A DNA stretch of 64,000 nucleotides, taken from the human T2T-CHM13v2.0 reference genome, Homo sapiens. Below, piece after piece: positions 12,961-29,760 of this stretch. The number at the start of each line of letters is the position of its first letter. Within the stretch, counting starts at the first letter, position 1. The notes below the pieces were generated by a model. That model was not told the origin of the DNA, did no database searches, and worked only from the letters and a program-made list of their open reading frames with translations. Position numbers and translations under genes: made by a program. The stretch is taken from assembly GCF_009914755.1 (NCBI RefSeq), contig NC_060929.1. One strand, 5' to 3'.

Positions 12961-14874
12961 TAAACCTTAAGGCTAGATGAAGAGTTTTAATTTTATGTTG
13001 AGTAAAACATACCTTTACAGCAAATGTACTATTAATATGTAAGTCAAAGTTTTGTAAATGTGATTATTTTATCTAATCTTTAATTAATAAAAGAGATGAT
13101 TTCCCCATTTCTGATTGATTTTTACTTGCCAGCAGCTGCTAGATCCTTTCCATTAACTTTATAGGTCAAGTTGTTAATAATCTTTAAACAGCAGTTTAAA
13201 CCTACCAGCTAAGTTTATTTATTAACAACAACAGAAACAAAAACAACCTGTTTTTCAACATTCCTTTTCTAATAAGCAGTTGTTATAGGACCACAATGGA
13301 ATATATGTTAATTGCCTTCAAGATCTCTTAAAAGACAAATTCTCTAAGTAACCACTGGAGCATTTATGAGCAAAGAGATTTTATTGTCCCTGCCTACATG
13401 CTCCCCTAAAAACTGGATGAGTTGTGATGTAACTTTTTTTCTTCTAAGAAATTTAACAGTTACAGAAAATTCAAAGAATATACCAAATATCTCCATAATA
13501 AAATATTACTACTGTTATATTTTCCTTCAATTATTTTGTTAAGAAATATTGCAAACATAAACTTTTAAAAAATGTTCAGTATTATTAATTTGTGGGAATT
13601 ATTTATTACCTAGAAAATGCTCACTTATCCAGACAGCGTTCTAAAAGTAATCATAGAAAAGGTATTCCAATGTACTTTAGGATAATATATTCTTAATTAT
13701 CGTTTGTATAGGGCATTATTTATTATTTTAAAACAGCAAGTAAAGAATTTAAAATGATCAGTAATCTGGTTTAAAGGACTCTGATGCTAAAATAATTATT
13801 TTGAGATTTGTTGTGTAGAATGACTGGATTTTGACTTAAGAATTCAGTGGCTGTTTAATCCCCCTGACTTTAGTATTACTTATTAATCTCTGTGTCCTTT
13901 GGTCAGGAATTTGGGGAAGAGCCACATGAACTGAGCATGACTAGGTCCACAAGCTTGTTTATTTGTTTTTCCGTTGTGACTGAAGGCTAAACTCTTTTAG
14001 AAAGGCAAAAGGAGTCTGCAAAAATTAACGCTGATTGTGAGATTGGTGGAAAGAGGGTGGGAACAAAGTAAAAAATACACATCAAGTTCTAAAATTAGCC
14101 ACTGTGATCAATGCATGCTACCAAGGGGGTGCTGCTGGCTGACTTATGATGGGAAGACCCTCCCCCAGCCCCCGTGGGTGCTGATCATGCTAAGTTGGCA
14201 CGCTTCATCATTAAACAAAGTACTAAGATTAATTACTTCAAAGGGGTAGATTAGTTGATTTTAACTGTAAAAATGCACATATTTAAGAGTTTAGCATTTC
14301 ATGATTTATGTGTATAAACACTGAGACTCTAATGGTAAGGCGTTTGGCCATACCTAACATAATTTATTTGTTCATACTTTCAAGCCCTTGAAAGTTTTTG
14401 ATCCCCTTATATTTAAGGTGGCAGGTTTTGGTTTAGAAGGGTATGGGCAGAGAATGTTGGCCTTTCTGTAGCATTTCTAAGAGGTTTTTGAGTGTGAACT
14501 AGCACCAGGGCTTAGGGAATTGGAGAGATAGGAAGGAGGGGATATTTGGATGCAAGATGTCATTGGCCTCTCACTGAGTATTCAGTCTAGGGGCAACCTA
14601 GCCTTAATTATGTTTTTATGGATTTTTTTTTTTCAAGAATCCCATCCCAGTGAGTTGTTTAGAAGCAGGATTATATTTAATAAGGCAATGGCAATTTTTT
14701 AAAACATGGATTTAATATAATAATTTTTCATTTCATTTTAAATGACAATTTAATAACTGACTTAACATTTAAATATATGAAGATATTTTTTAATTGGTAA
14801 CATCATTACAATGTTTTATAAATCTAAAAGAAATTTAAATTTTCAACAAATTCACCACTAATACTGGGGGACAA

Positions 14875-15393
<519 letters not shown>

Positions 15394-16344
15394 ACAAATT
15401 TTTAATTAGAATGTATATTTGTGTATCTCAATTTATTAAATTATTCATATAATATTGAATATTTCATTGTAAGTTAGTAGAAAACAATGGTGCAGTATCA
15501 TTTGATTTCTCTGTTGAATCATTTCCAGACCATATCAAAAAGAATGAACAAACCTTGCTGTTTGTAGTTGCCACATTGCTTTCATAAGGGATGTAGCAAT
15601 CACAATACTATCAGCAATGAGTGCTTGTTTCACCACAACTTTCCTGGAATTGGGAATTATCGATTACTAAACTCATTTTAAATCTTCATTGTTTTCAGGA
15701 CTCCAAAAATGAAAAGAAGGGGAAAATGCCACAAATAGCTATGTTTATAAATGGAGCCATTGGTAGTTCCCTGGAAGTAGAGAGATGTATACAGTGATGT
15801 GCCTACAACTAGATCCAAGTAGGTTATTCTAATTTAAGTGACTTTTTAAGTCATTACCAATAAAAACTTTAAAGATATAAATTACCTACAACCACCAAGA
15901 ATGGATAAAAATTAACTACTACAGCTTGTGCCAACCATGTGCTAGCAGTGGGAATACTCAAAATAAGCAAACAAAACTTCAGTGAATCAAAACAAAATCA
16001 ACAGGTGTAACCTGCTTCACATTCTTCAAGCTTATATCAAGCTCTGAATCTGCCAAACTCCTGAGGAAGTCAGTTTCCTGTATAATTGAGAGATAAGCTC
16101 TATTATTGAGAGAACCAACTTCTTTCCTTAAAAGAATAAACCAGCTAGAGTCTCATTTTGTATTGTTTATTATCCCTTGACTACAGAAAGCGTGCTACCA
16201 AGCAGAAAGCAGGCTTTGTCACAAATACCAAGAAATCCAGATGCTTAGAGAATCTGAGTTTTTATTGTTCTCTTTCTCCTCTTCCTCTCCCTCTTCCTCT
16301 GTCATTTGTACCATCATCATCTTCATCATCATCACCACTATCAT

Positions 16345-16555
16345 TTTTTTTAAAGAAGCATTTGTAAAGTGCTCATTATGCTGGGTACTTTATCTGTCTT
16401 ATTTTATTTAGTCTTTATTGGTAGTAGCTCTTAGGCAGATATATTTCACTATTTCATTTTTCAAATGAGAATGAGCTGCAAAAGGATGAATACCTAATTC
16501 AAGGTTACACAACTAGCAAGAGCAGAAACTGGAATTTGACTGAGGCATATTAGAT
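16345..16555 (-). mobile_element. MIR, preceded by CT/(TCA)n low-complexity tract
   Basis: ttcatttttcaaatgagaatgag...caaggttacacaactagcaagagcagaaactggaatttga. Confidence 0.65.
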
Positions 16556-16959
16556 CCTACGATCTGAATAGACTTGCTAAGGCTGTTTGGCTTTCACAGT
16601 TCAGATCAGTTTAGAGTGCTGGATCAGTCCAATCTGGTGGCTGTGGCAGGTGCTAAATCTTGTAGGAAGTAGTCCCAATGTTTGGGACCAGCTCTGGTTT
16701 TAGTGACCCCACAGAAAGCCTAATTTGACTTTCAGGAAGCCTGCAATGGTTTTATGACGGACCACATCTACTAGACTAAGTGAAAGCCCAGATCCGGAGA
16801 GAAATGATCCAAACATCTATTTCCCAGTGGCCAGATCTGTTTTATTAAGAATCACATTATTAGGTTTCAATGTTCGGGCTATTTTCAGCGATTTTATCTC
16901 TTGCATCTTCTACATCCATGAGTCACCAAGTTCGGTGTGAGAGGTAGATAGCAAAGATT

Positions 16960-17185
16960 AGTGGAACAATTATAGAATTTGAATGTACATATATCTGAGC
17001 TTGAATTCCAGCCCCATTAGTTAGTATTTTTATAACTTTGGATACTAAGTTTCTTAATGTCTGTGTGCCTCAGCTTTCTTGTCTTTACACTGTAAATAAT
17101 AATAAGTTTCCAGGGTTGTTATGGAGATTAAATGAGATATCTATATATAAACATGTTATGCAATGTCTTGCATATGATAGGCTTT
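16960..17185 (+). mobile_element. MIR
   Basis: ctgagcttgaattccagcccc...ctgtgtgcctcagctttcttgtct...cagggttgttatggagattaaatgagata. Confidence 0.75.
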
Positions 17186-18101
17186 CTTCCTCCCATGTAT
17201 ATTTACTCCACAATGATTATTTAAACCATTATTTTATATTTCCACTTCTTATGTTACTACAACCAAGGCCTCCCTCTCTTTACCTCTTAGTGGAAGAAAT
17301 TTACACCAGCCATAGGGGTCTTTCTCAATTCCTCCTTTAATTGTGTCTGTCCTTGGTTTAGGAATTCACAGTGTGCATAACCCAGAGACCTAATCAATCT
17401 GGCCATAGAACATAACCCTGCCCTACCCTGCCTGATGCATCTCATACATTTTGAGTTACATTTCTCTAAAAGCTTTGTTTTAATTTGCCTGCTAAAGATC
17501 ATCCTCTGGTTTTCTGGCAATACATAAAACATTTCAAATTACATGCATCCTCAGATATCAAATCCAAACTTCTTTTTCTAGTTTTTAATATTTTCCAGCT
17601 GCTATTAGCTTCCTTCCTGTCACCCAGATCAAGAACCACAGAATCGTAAAGGAGCATAGAACTCATGTAATTATTTCCTTTTAGCCCAAATCTACTGTTC
17701 CTATCTCATATATACTTCTCAGCAGCATCTATATATTCCCAAACAATGGATGAAAGAGAAAGCCTTGCCCGATCATAAAAGCAATGTTTTCTGATTACTA
17801 GACAGATGGTATTTAGATAGGATTGGAGACTTCAAAATGATGTTGATAAGAGAAAGTAATATTGGGAGGTGTAGTTGATACATATAAAATTCTGTTTTTA
17901 CACCTTCTAATTTGTTCACTTTATTTTTCTGGGTCTTATAGTGATTATGACTATAACTGAGATAAAAAATAACAACTGGACTTTGAGAAATTAAAGTTGT
18001 TCCTCAAAGTGATCTCTTTTCTTGCTAAAATGTACTATAATTATTAAATGTATTTGTGATTCAGGTAAGTTTTAGTTTAAGCTTTGAGTGTCGTTTCATT
18101 A

Positions 18102-18865
<764 letters not shown>

Positions 18866-19419
18866 AATACTCTTTTGAAAATGGTTTACTGGCTTCCTAA
18901 ATTTAAAAAAAAATTTCTCTTCAGAGTCTTTTTACTTTTCATTATTTTACATTCAGGTGCCCACTAGAATTTATGTACCTTTAACAGATTTAAGAGTTAT
19001 TTCTAATATACTAGTGAGAAATGATTAATATTTTATAGCTGATTCCTATAATAAACTAACCCAATCAAAAATATTTTATTAGATGAATTAGAGCAGTTAT
19101 CATCTCATTAGTATCTTTTCCTCTAATTACTACAGAATGTAAAATTTATTTATTTCTCCTCATTATAAGGCAATTTCCTAGAGTGAATAGCACAACAAAA
19201 ATAGTGTAATGTTTAGAATGTAAATGTGGAATTTTACACATTCCATTTTTTAAAAATCTAACTCAGTTCCCCTGTACTTACTAAAATTCCTCTTCTAAAT
19301 GTCATTAATTAACTACTGGCTGTCAAATTCAATTGTCATTTTCTATTTCTCATCTTCCTTTGTTATTGTTAACTGCATCCTACTTTGTAAAACTCTCTTT
19401 CTTTTCTGCATTTTAGGTT

Positions 19420-19790
19420 TAAATTTTGTTATCAAATCATGTGAACTATGTAAAAAGTGAGCACTTCTGTACCTGCTTCCATTTTAATAAATAAAACACT
19501 ATCAACAAATTTCAAGTTCCCTATGTGTTCCTCCCAGATTGTATGTTCCTTCATGCCCAAATGAAAGTGTAACCATTATCCAAACTTGCATGTTTACAAT
19601 CACATGCATTTTAAATATTCTTTTGCTACATAGTATGTACCTGTACATAATGTGTCATGTCATATTTTGGTATATTTTAACTTTTCTTTAAATAATATCA
19701 CACTGTGTGAATGGGTGTGTTTTTTAGCACCTATTTTTTGTTTTTTGTTTCATCATTCAACATTGTTTTTATGACAGTCTTCCTTATTTA
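19420..19790 (-). mobile_element. Old L1 (L1ME-like) 3'UTR fragment
   Basis: gtaaccattatccaaactt...aaataatatcacactgtgtg...cattcaacattgtttttatga. Confidence 0.5.
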
Positions 19791-20164
19791 TTTATTTATT
19801 GCTTTTGGTTTCTGGGGGTCTTGTAATTGACTGCCTTCTCTTCTAGCTGCACAACCTCTCCCTATGTATTCCCTGCCGCATCTGGCTTCTATAAACCTTT
19901 CATATTTTTCTCAGATCCAGGACTGTCTAAAAACCTACTGAATATCTCCAACAGGATATCCCACAAGTAACATAAACTTCATCCTTCAAAATGTGAGTTT
20001 ATTATCATCTCCCCAGAGCTGCAATTTCTTTTGCTTTTTCTTTAACTCAAATAATGGCACACTATCAACCCTGCCATCTGTGCTGTTAAATTTAGTCATT
20101 GTGAAATCCCTGGTGTTCTTTACCCTTCATGGCTACTTAAATCACTAAATCCTCTAGAGGCTAA

Positions 20165-20575
20165 AAGTAAAAACTAAGCTGCTGGAACAAGATATATTAA
20201 TGTAGTAATGCATATATGTATAATAAGTAAGACCAAACCCAATAAAGTTGTGTCTTGTTTTTTTTTTTTTTTTTTTTCTACAAGAGTCTGAGATGTCTGA
20301 GCCCCAGGTCAATGCAGCACTACAACATGTCTTCCATCTTCAGCATGTGACTTCCGAGGTCATCCTTCCAGCCTGTGGGAGAGAGGACAGTGCAAGTCCG
20401 GGGTCAAAAACTGACTCATAAGCAGGGCCTAAGTTGTTCAATCACTTCTATTCACACTCTACTGGTTGCAAGGGGTCTAAGAAAAACAGCCCCTAAGTGG
20501 GTAGCCACCCCCTCGCCCTAACTCTATCAGTACTGGAGGATAGACTTTGGTGGACAGTCCCGTATCTGTGACACA
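20165..20575. mobile_element. Old MLT1 (I/J-like) LTR fragment
   Basis: cttcagcatgtgacttcc, tcacttctattcacactctactgg and ctttggtggacag motifs typical of old MLT1 LTRs. Confidence 0.4.
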
Positions 20576-21127
20576 CATAGGTTCATAAATGTCTTCCAGG
20601 GCCTTTCCTTCTTTACCTCGTTTCACTGCCACACTGTATGGTGTCAACATCGCTTGCTTAAACTATTCCAAATAGTCTTTTGACTGATTATATTTTCTTC
20701 TTCCAATCCATCTCCTATGTTAATGTCAGTTATCTTTCTAAAATATTGGTGTTTTGTTGTTGCCCTTCAGGAAAATTTTAAGAAGTCCAGTATCTCTCTG
20801 TGGCCTCTGAAATTTTTATGGGATAAACTATATGACATGTGACAGGTATATAGAATACTTACAACGTGGCCTTAGGTTGTTTCTCTGGCTTTTCACTCAT
20901 TCCCTATATTCTATACTTTGAACACATTTGCCGGCTCACTGTCACTTACTATGTCGTGTATTTTCATAGCTTTATGTCTTTATTTTCGGAGTCTCCTGTG
21001 TCTGGAAAGCTATTTTTCCCTTCTTCCTCTACAGTGGTCACCTCCTATCAGTAGCTTTCCTAGATAACCTTACAACTAACCAAAGCAGAGCTCATTGCTG
21101 CTTTCCCGGTGTTATCATCTATATAAA

Positions 21128-21265
21128 CCTTGCTACTCAGAATGTGGTCTGCAGACCAGTGGCACCAGCCTCACTTGGAAGTTTGTTAGAAATGCAGAAT
21201 GCTGGACCCAACCTGACCTACTGAATTAGCATCTGCATTTGTAACTAGTTCCCATGCGATCTGGT
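21128..21265. mobile_element. MER5A
   Basis: ctactcagaatgtggtctgcagaccag...ttgttagaaatgcagaat...cctactgaattagcatctgcattt. Confidence 0.8.
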
Positions 21266-22308
21266 ACGGCTGGTCCTCAGGCTTTAGAAATAGCATTCAT
21301 CATATTAATGACAGTTGGTTCTTGATGCATGGTCTCCTGTAGGCCTTAAGTTTCTCATGCAGAAACTGTATCTTGTTCAATGTGGAGCCCTCAAAACCTT
21401 CCACAGAGTATCTGCTACATAGTGGCTCCTGCTAAATTTATACTGAGGGACTTGATTTGTATTTTGTCTTATCTAATGGTCCTATAAGAAGTTATGCTTA
21501 GAATTTGGGTGTTTTCAGCACTAAACCCACCAAATTATTTATTTCTATGAGAAATAGAAGCATTTTTGCACCTTCTAAACCATATCCTTTGAAACTTGTG
21601 AGCATTACATGAATGTGCATGCATCACATAATTTGGATAGGATTTATTGCAGTTTATGATTATAATTTTTCATTATGCTGCTAAAGGAACCATTAGCTAA
21701 AAGGATATTTTCATAAACAAATATTATAGTAAGGGCTAGCCTAATGTATATAAAGGATAATATATATTTTTAAAGTTAGAAATTGCCTCTAATTTTTAAT
21801 ATGTACTATAAAATCCACACAATTTAGAAATTTTCTTTGAAATCAATTTAAAAGAAATTGTTTTTTAAAAAGTATGTAAGTGTTTAAATATATAAAATTT
21901 AAATATATACTAAAATATAACTCTGAAATTTAAATATTTACTAGGATATATACATAAAACAGCTTGCTGCATTGACCTGGGGCTCACACACCTCAGACTC
22001 TTGTAGAAGAAAAAAATCAAACAAAACAATACAGTCAGTGTTGCAAGCTGCAATATAGAACAGTCCCAATCTTGCCTTAGGTTATTTGTTCTTTTTTTTT
22101 ATTATTATACTTTAAGTTTTAGGGTACATGTGCACATCGTGCAGGTTAGTTACATATGTATACATGTGCCATGCTGGTGCGCTGCACCCACTAAATCGTC
22201 ATCTAGCATTAGTTATATCTCCCAGTGCTATCCCTCCCCCTGCCCCCCACCCCACCACAGTCCCCAGAGTGTGATATTCCCCTTCCTGTGTCCATGTGAT
22301 CTCATTGT

Positions 22309-26134
<3,826 letters not shown>

Positions 26135-26196
26135 TATGATGTTAGGGGTGATTTTGCTCGTTAGTTGATGCAGTTTCTTCCTAGTCTCGATGGTCT

Positions 26197-27213
26197 TTAC
26201 ATTTTGGCTTGATTTTGCAGTGGCTGGTACTGGTTGTTCCTTTCCATGTTTAGTGCTTCCTTCAGGAGCTCTTTTAGGGCAGGCCTGGTGGTGATAAAAT
26301 CTCTCAGCATTTGCTTTTCTGTAAAGTATTTTATTTCTCCTTCACTTATGAAGCGTAGTTTGGCTGGATATGAAATTCTGGGTTGAAAATTCTTTTCTTT
26401 AAGAATGTTGAATATTGGCCCCCACTCTCTCCTGGCTTGTAGGGTTTCTGCCAGGAGATCTGCTGTTAGTCTGATGGGCTTCCCTTTGAGGGTAACCTGA
26501 CCTTTCTCTCTGGCTGCCCTTAACATTTTTTCCTTCATTTCAACTTTGGTGAATCTGATAATTATGTGTCTTGAAGTTGCTCTTCTCGAGGAGTATCTTT
26601 GTGGCATTCTCTGTATTTCCTGAATCTGAACGTTGGCCTGCCTTGCTAGATTGGGGAAGTTCTCCTGGATAATATCCTGCAGAGTGTTTTCCACCTTGGT
26701 TCCATTCTCCCCATCACTTTCAGGTACACCAATCAGACGTAGATTTGGTCTTTTCACATAGTCTCATATTTCTTGGAGGCTTTGCTCGTTTCTTTTTATT
26801 CTTTTTTCTCTAAACTTTCCTTCTCACTTCATTTCATTCATTTCATCTTCCATTGCTGATACCCTTTCTTCCAGTTGATCGCATCGGCTCCTGAGGCTTC
26901 TGCATTCTTCACGTAGTTCTCGAGCCTTGGTTTTCAGCTCCATCAGCTCCTTTAAGCAGTTCTCTGTATTGCTTATTCTAGTTATACATTCTTCTAAATT
27001 TTTTTCAAAGTTTTCAACTTCTTTGCCTTTGGTTTGAATGTCCTCCCGTAGCTCAGAGTAATTTGATCGTCTGAAGCCTTCTTCTCTCAGCTCGTGAAAG
27101 TCATTCTCCATCCAGCTTTGTTCCGTTGCTGGTGAGGAACTGCGTTCCTTTGGAGGAGGAGAGGCGCTCTGCGTTTTAGAGTTTCCCGTTTTTCTGTTCT
27201 GTTTTTTCCCCAT
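26197..27213 (-). pseudogene. L1 ORF1, full 1017 nt without net frameshift but with two nonsense codons
   Basis: MGKKQNRKTGNSKTQSAS start; R130* (CGA>TGA, 26824-26826) and W150* (TGG>TGA, 26764-26766); 26197-26757 is in the same frame. Confidence 0.95.
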
Positions 27214-28120
27214 CTTTGTGTTTTTATCTACTTTTGGTCTTTGATAATAGTGATGTACAGATGGGTTTTTGGTGTGGATGTCCTTTCTGTTTGTTAGTTT
27301 TCCTTCTAACAGACAGGACCCTCAGCTGCAGGTCTGTTGGAGTACCCTGCCGTGTGAGGTGTCAGTGTGCCCCTGCTGGGGGGTGCCTCCCAGTTAGGCT
27401 GCTCGGGGGTCAGGGGTCAGGGACCCACTTGAGGAGGCAGTCTGCCCGTTCTCAGATCTCCAGCTGCGTGCTGGGAGAACCACTGCTCTCTTCAAAGCTG
27501 TCAGACAGGGACATTTAAGTCTGCAGAGGTTACTGCTGTCTTTTTGTTTGTCTGTGCCCTGCCCCCAGAGGTGGAGCCTACAGAGGCAGGCAGGCCTCCT
27601 TGAGCTGTGGTGGGCTCCACCCAGTTTGAGCTTCCAGGCTGCTTTGTTTACCTCAGCAAGCCTGGGCAATGGCGGGCGCCCCTCCCCCAGCCTCGCTGCC
27701 GCCTTGCAGTTTGATCTCAGACTGCTGTGCTAGCAATCAGCGAGACTCCATGGGCGTAGGACCCTCCGAGCCAGGTGCGGGATATAATCTTGTGGTGCGT
27801 CGTGTTTTAAGCCGGTCGGAAAAGCGCAGTATTCGGGTGGGAGTGGCCCGATTTTCCAGGTGCGTCCGTCACCCCTTTCTTTGACTTGGAAAGGGAACTC
27901 CCTGACCCCTTGCGCTTCCCAAGTGAGGCAATGCCTCGCCCTGCTTCGGCTCGCGCACGGTGCGCGCACCCACTGACCTGCGCCCACTGTCTGGCACTCC
28001 CTAGTGAGATGAACCCGGTACCTCAGATGGAAATGCAGAAATCACCTGGCTTCTGCGTCCCTCAGGCTGGGAGCTGTAGACCGGAGCTGTTCCTATTCGG
28101 CCATATTGGCTCCTCCCCCC
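27214..28120. promoter_or_regulatory. L1 5'UTR: sense promoter (- strand) and antisense promoter (+ strand), CpG-rich
   Basis: Only long CpG-rich stretch outside Alus; collinear with the L1PA2/L1HS 5'UTR; YY1 site at ~28100-28108 reads AATATGGCC instead of AAGATGGCC. Confidence 0.85.
27669..27884 (+). CDS. ORF0: LINE-1 ORF0, intact 71 aa (coding potential; expression not shown)
   Basis: MAGAPPPASLPPCSLISDCCASNQRDS...RFSRCVRHPFL in context gcaATGG; donors ccag|gtgcgg after 27774 (+106) and ccag|gtgcgt after 27859 (+191). Confidence 0.85.
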   Translation: MAGAPPPASLPPCSLISDCCASNQRDSMGVGPSEPGAGYNLVVRRVLSRSEKRSIRVGVARFSRCVRHPFL

Positions 28121-29309
28121 AGGTTATTTATTCTAAGTGCTGACAACATCTCAGATTAAAAGTTGTTTTCAGTGCTATTCTTTTTATGTTACTATTAATG
28201 ATTAGGCACATTTTCTTTAAATAGCTTTTGATCATATTAGTTGGTACAGTATGGATTATACTGCATTGACTACCTTTAAGTTGTTGACTAATATGTAGAT
28301 ATGTTTCTTTTTTTCTGTACAACGTTAAGGAAAGTAAATGACTGTATCCTACAGAAACATTAAGAAATCATTTTTAAGAAAAGTTTCCATTTCTGCTTGT
28401 ATTTTAGTTTAGTTTTTTATCCATATTCTGTTTTATAGCAGATGAATTTTAAAAGGCCAGTCTATATTTAAAATAGGCATTAATTTTAGCCATGGGTGTT
28501 GGCTTTCCATTTTAATGGCCTGACCACTAAACATCTTCTTTTTGTTGTTTCTTTTTAAAAAATATATGATTTGTCTAGCAAATCTTTGGTAAAAAAAATA
28601 CATTTCTTAACAGTACTATTTTAAGGACAGATTATGCTGTGATTTTGCTGCAACAGCCTCCTGAGTGATAGAGTCAGATGTTCTACTTTCTTATTAGAAA
28701 CATCGATGCCAATATTTACTTTCAGTCCTGGTCTAACAAAATGAATACGTTGCCAGAGGCATATCATGAGTCCTTCCGGCAAACTCCAAATAAGAAACAA
28801 ACAGAAATAGTGAATGAGAATGCCAACTTAAAAAAAATACGTATTTTTATTATAGACTTAATTGGCCAAGAACATTCCTACATAATCTAAAATTCATAAC
28901 GACCAAATGGTAATACTTTTATTGCCTGGGTGGTTTTGTACATGGACTTTTATAACTTGGTATTCAATGTATGAATTCTTGTCAATGAAACAGTATCATT
29001 TTGTGTCTGAGTATTTATGTGTCTTTTTTAACCAAAGAAAAAAGGACCAAATATTAGTGTTAGCCAAAATTTTAATTTTTAAATACTAGAGAGTTATTTC
29101 TAAATTTACGTGAGTCCAAATTTTCAAGCAGAAACTATAATCCTCCTTTGCTTACCTGATAATTTTTACTGCCCTAATCAACTTGGTCTTGCACTACTGT
29201 AAATAACTTACATGAGGAAATATTGTGGTTTCATGTTCGGTAACAATAATTTTACCTAGGTTTTAATGAAATATCTCTCACAATATGAGAGCCTGCATAA
29301 TATAGAATA

Positions 29310-29760
29310 TCCAATTCATTAAACACTTGCAGAGGGTCCCCTCTGGGCCATCTGGGATTACTACTGCCTAACTTTGAAGGAGAAACCTAACCAGAATATT
29401 TTAGTATGTTGCATCAGTGATAAGAAAACTTCTGAACTTGTGCCATGAGACCTCAGAGAAGGGGCCACTTTGTTCATCCCAAGGTGACTCGGAATAGATG
29501 ACACCAAAGCTGAAAGATTTGTAGATTTTTTTATAGGTGAAGAGAGAGAGGAGGGAGAAGGAGGTACTTGCTGGAAGTGTGTCCTGGCAAAGCAAGCAGC
29601 ACTGGTAAAAGCAGGCAGATCCGACAGAATGTCGTGTATGGATGGAGAAAGAGAATGAAACAGCAGTTTAAGATGACTGGTGGGTAATGCAAATTTGAGA
29701 AGTCATGGGGGATGAGGCTGGACTGGTAAACAAGAGCTAAGTCATCAAGGGCCAGATATC
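29310..29760 (-). mobile_element. L2 fragment
   Basis: Degenerate reverse L2 3' end through gggggatgaggctggactggtaaacaagagctaagtcatcaagggcc; approximate. Confidence 0.45.

Larger units (their letters stand above)
19280..21450 (+). mobile_element. Long degraded L2, interrupted by L1ME-like, MLT1-like and MER5A insertions
   Basis: Collinear L2 pieces at ~19280-19410, ~19900-20160, ~20590-21110 and ~21290-21450 (3' end); approximate. Confidence 0.55.

Noticed and set aside
14115-14135. CTCF-like ctaccaagggggtgctg
   Set aside because: The conserved CC is mis-spaced relative to AGGGGG; poor match.
27730-28143. Additional 85-aa ORFs in the L1 5'UTR
   Set aside because: Expected in GC-rich L1 5'UTR sequence; only 27669-27884 corresponds to the characterised ORF0.
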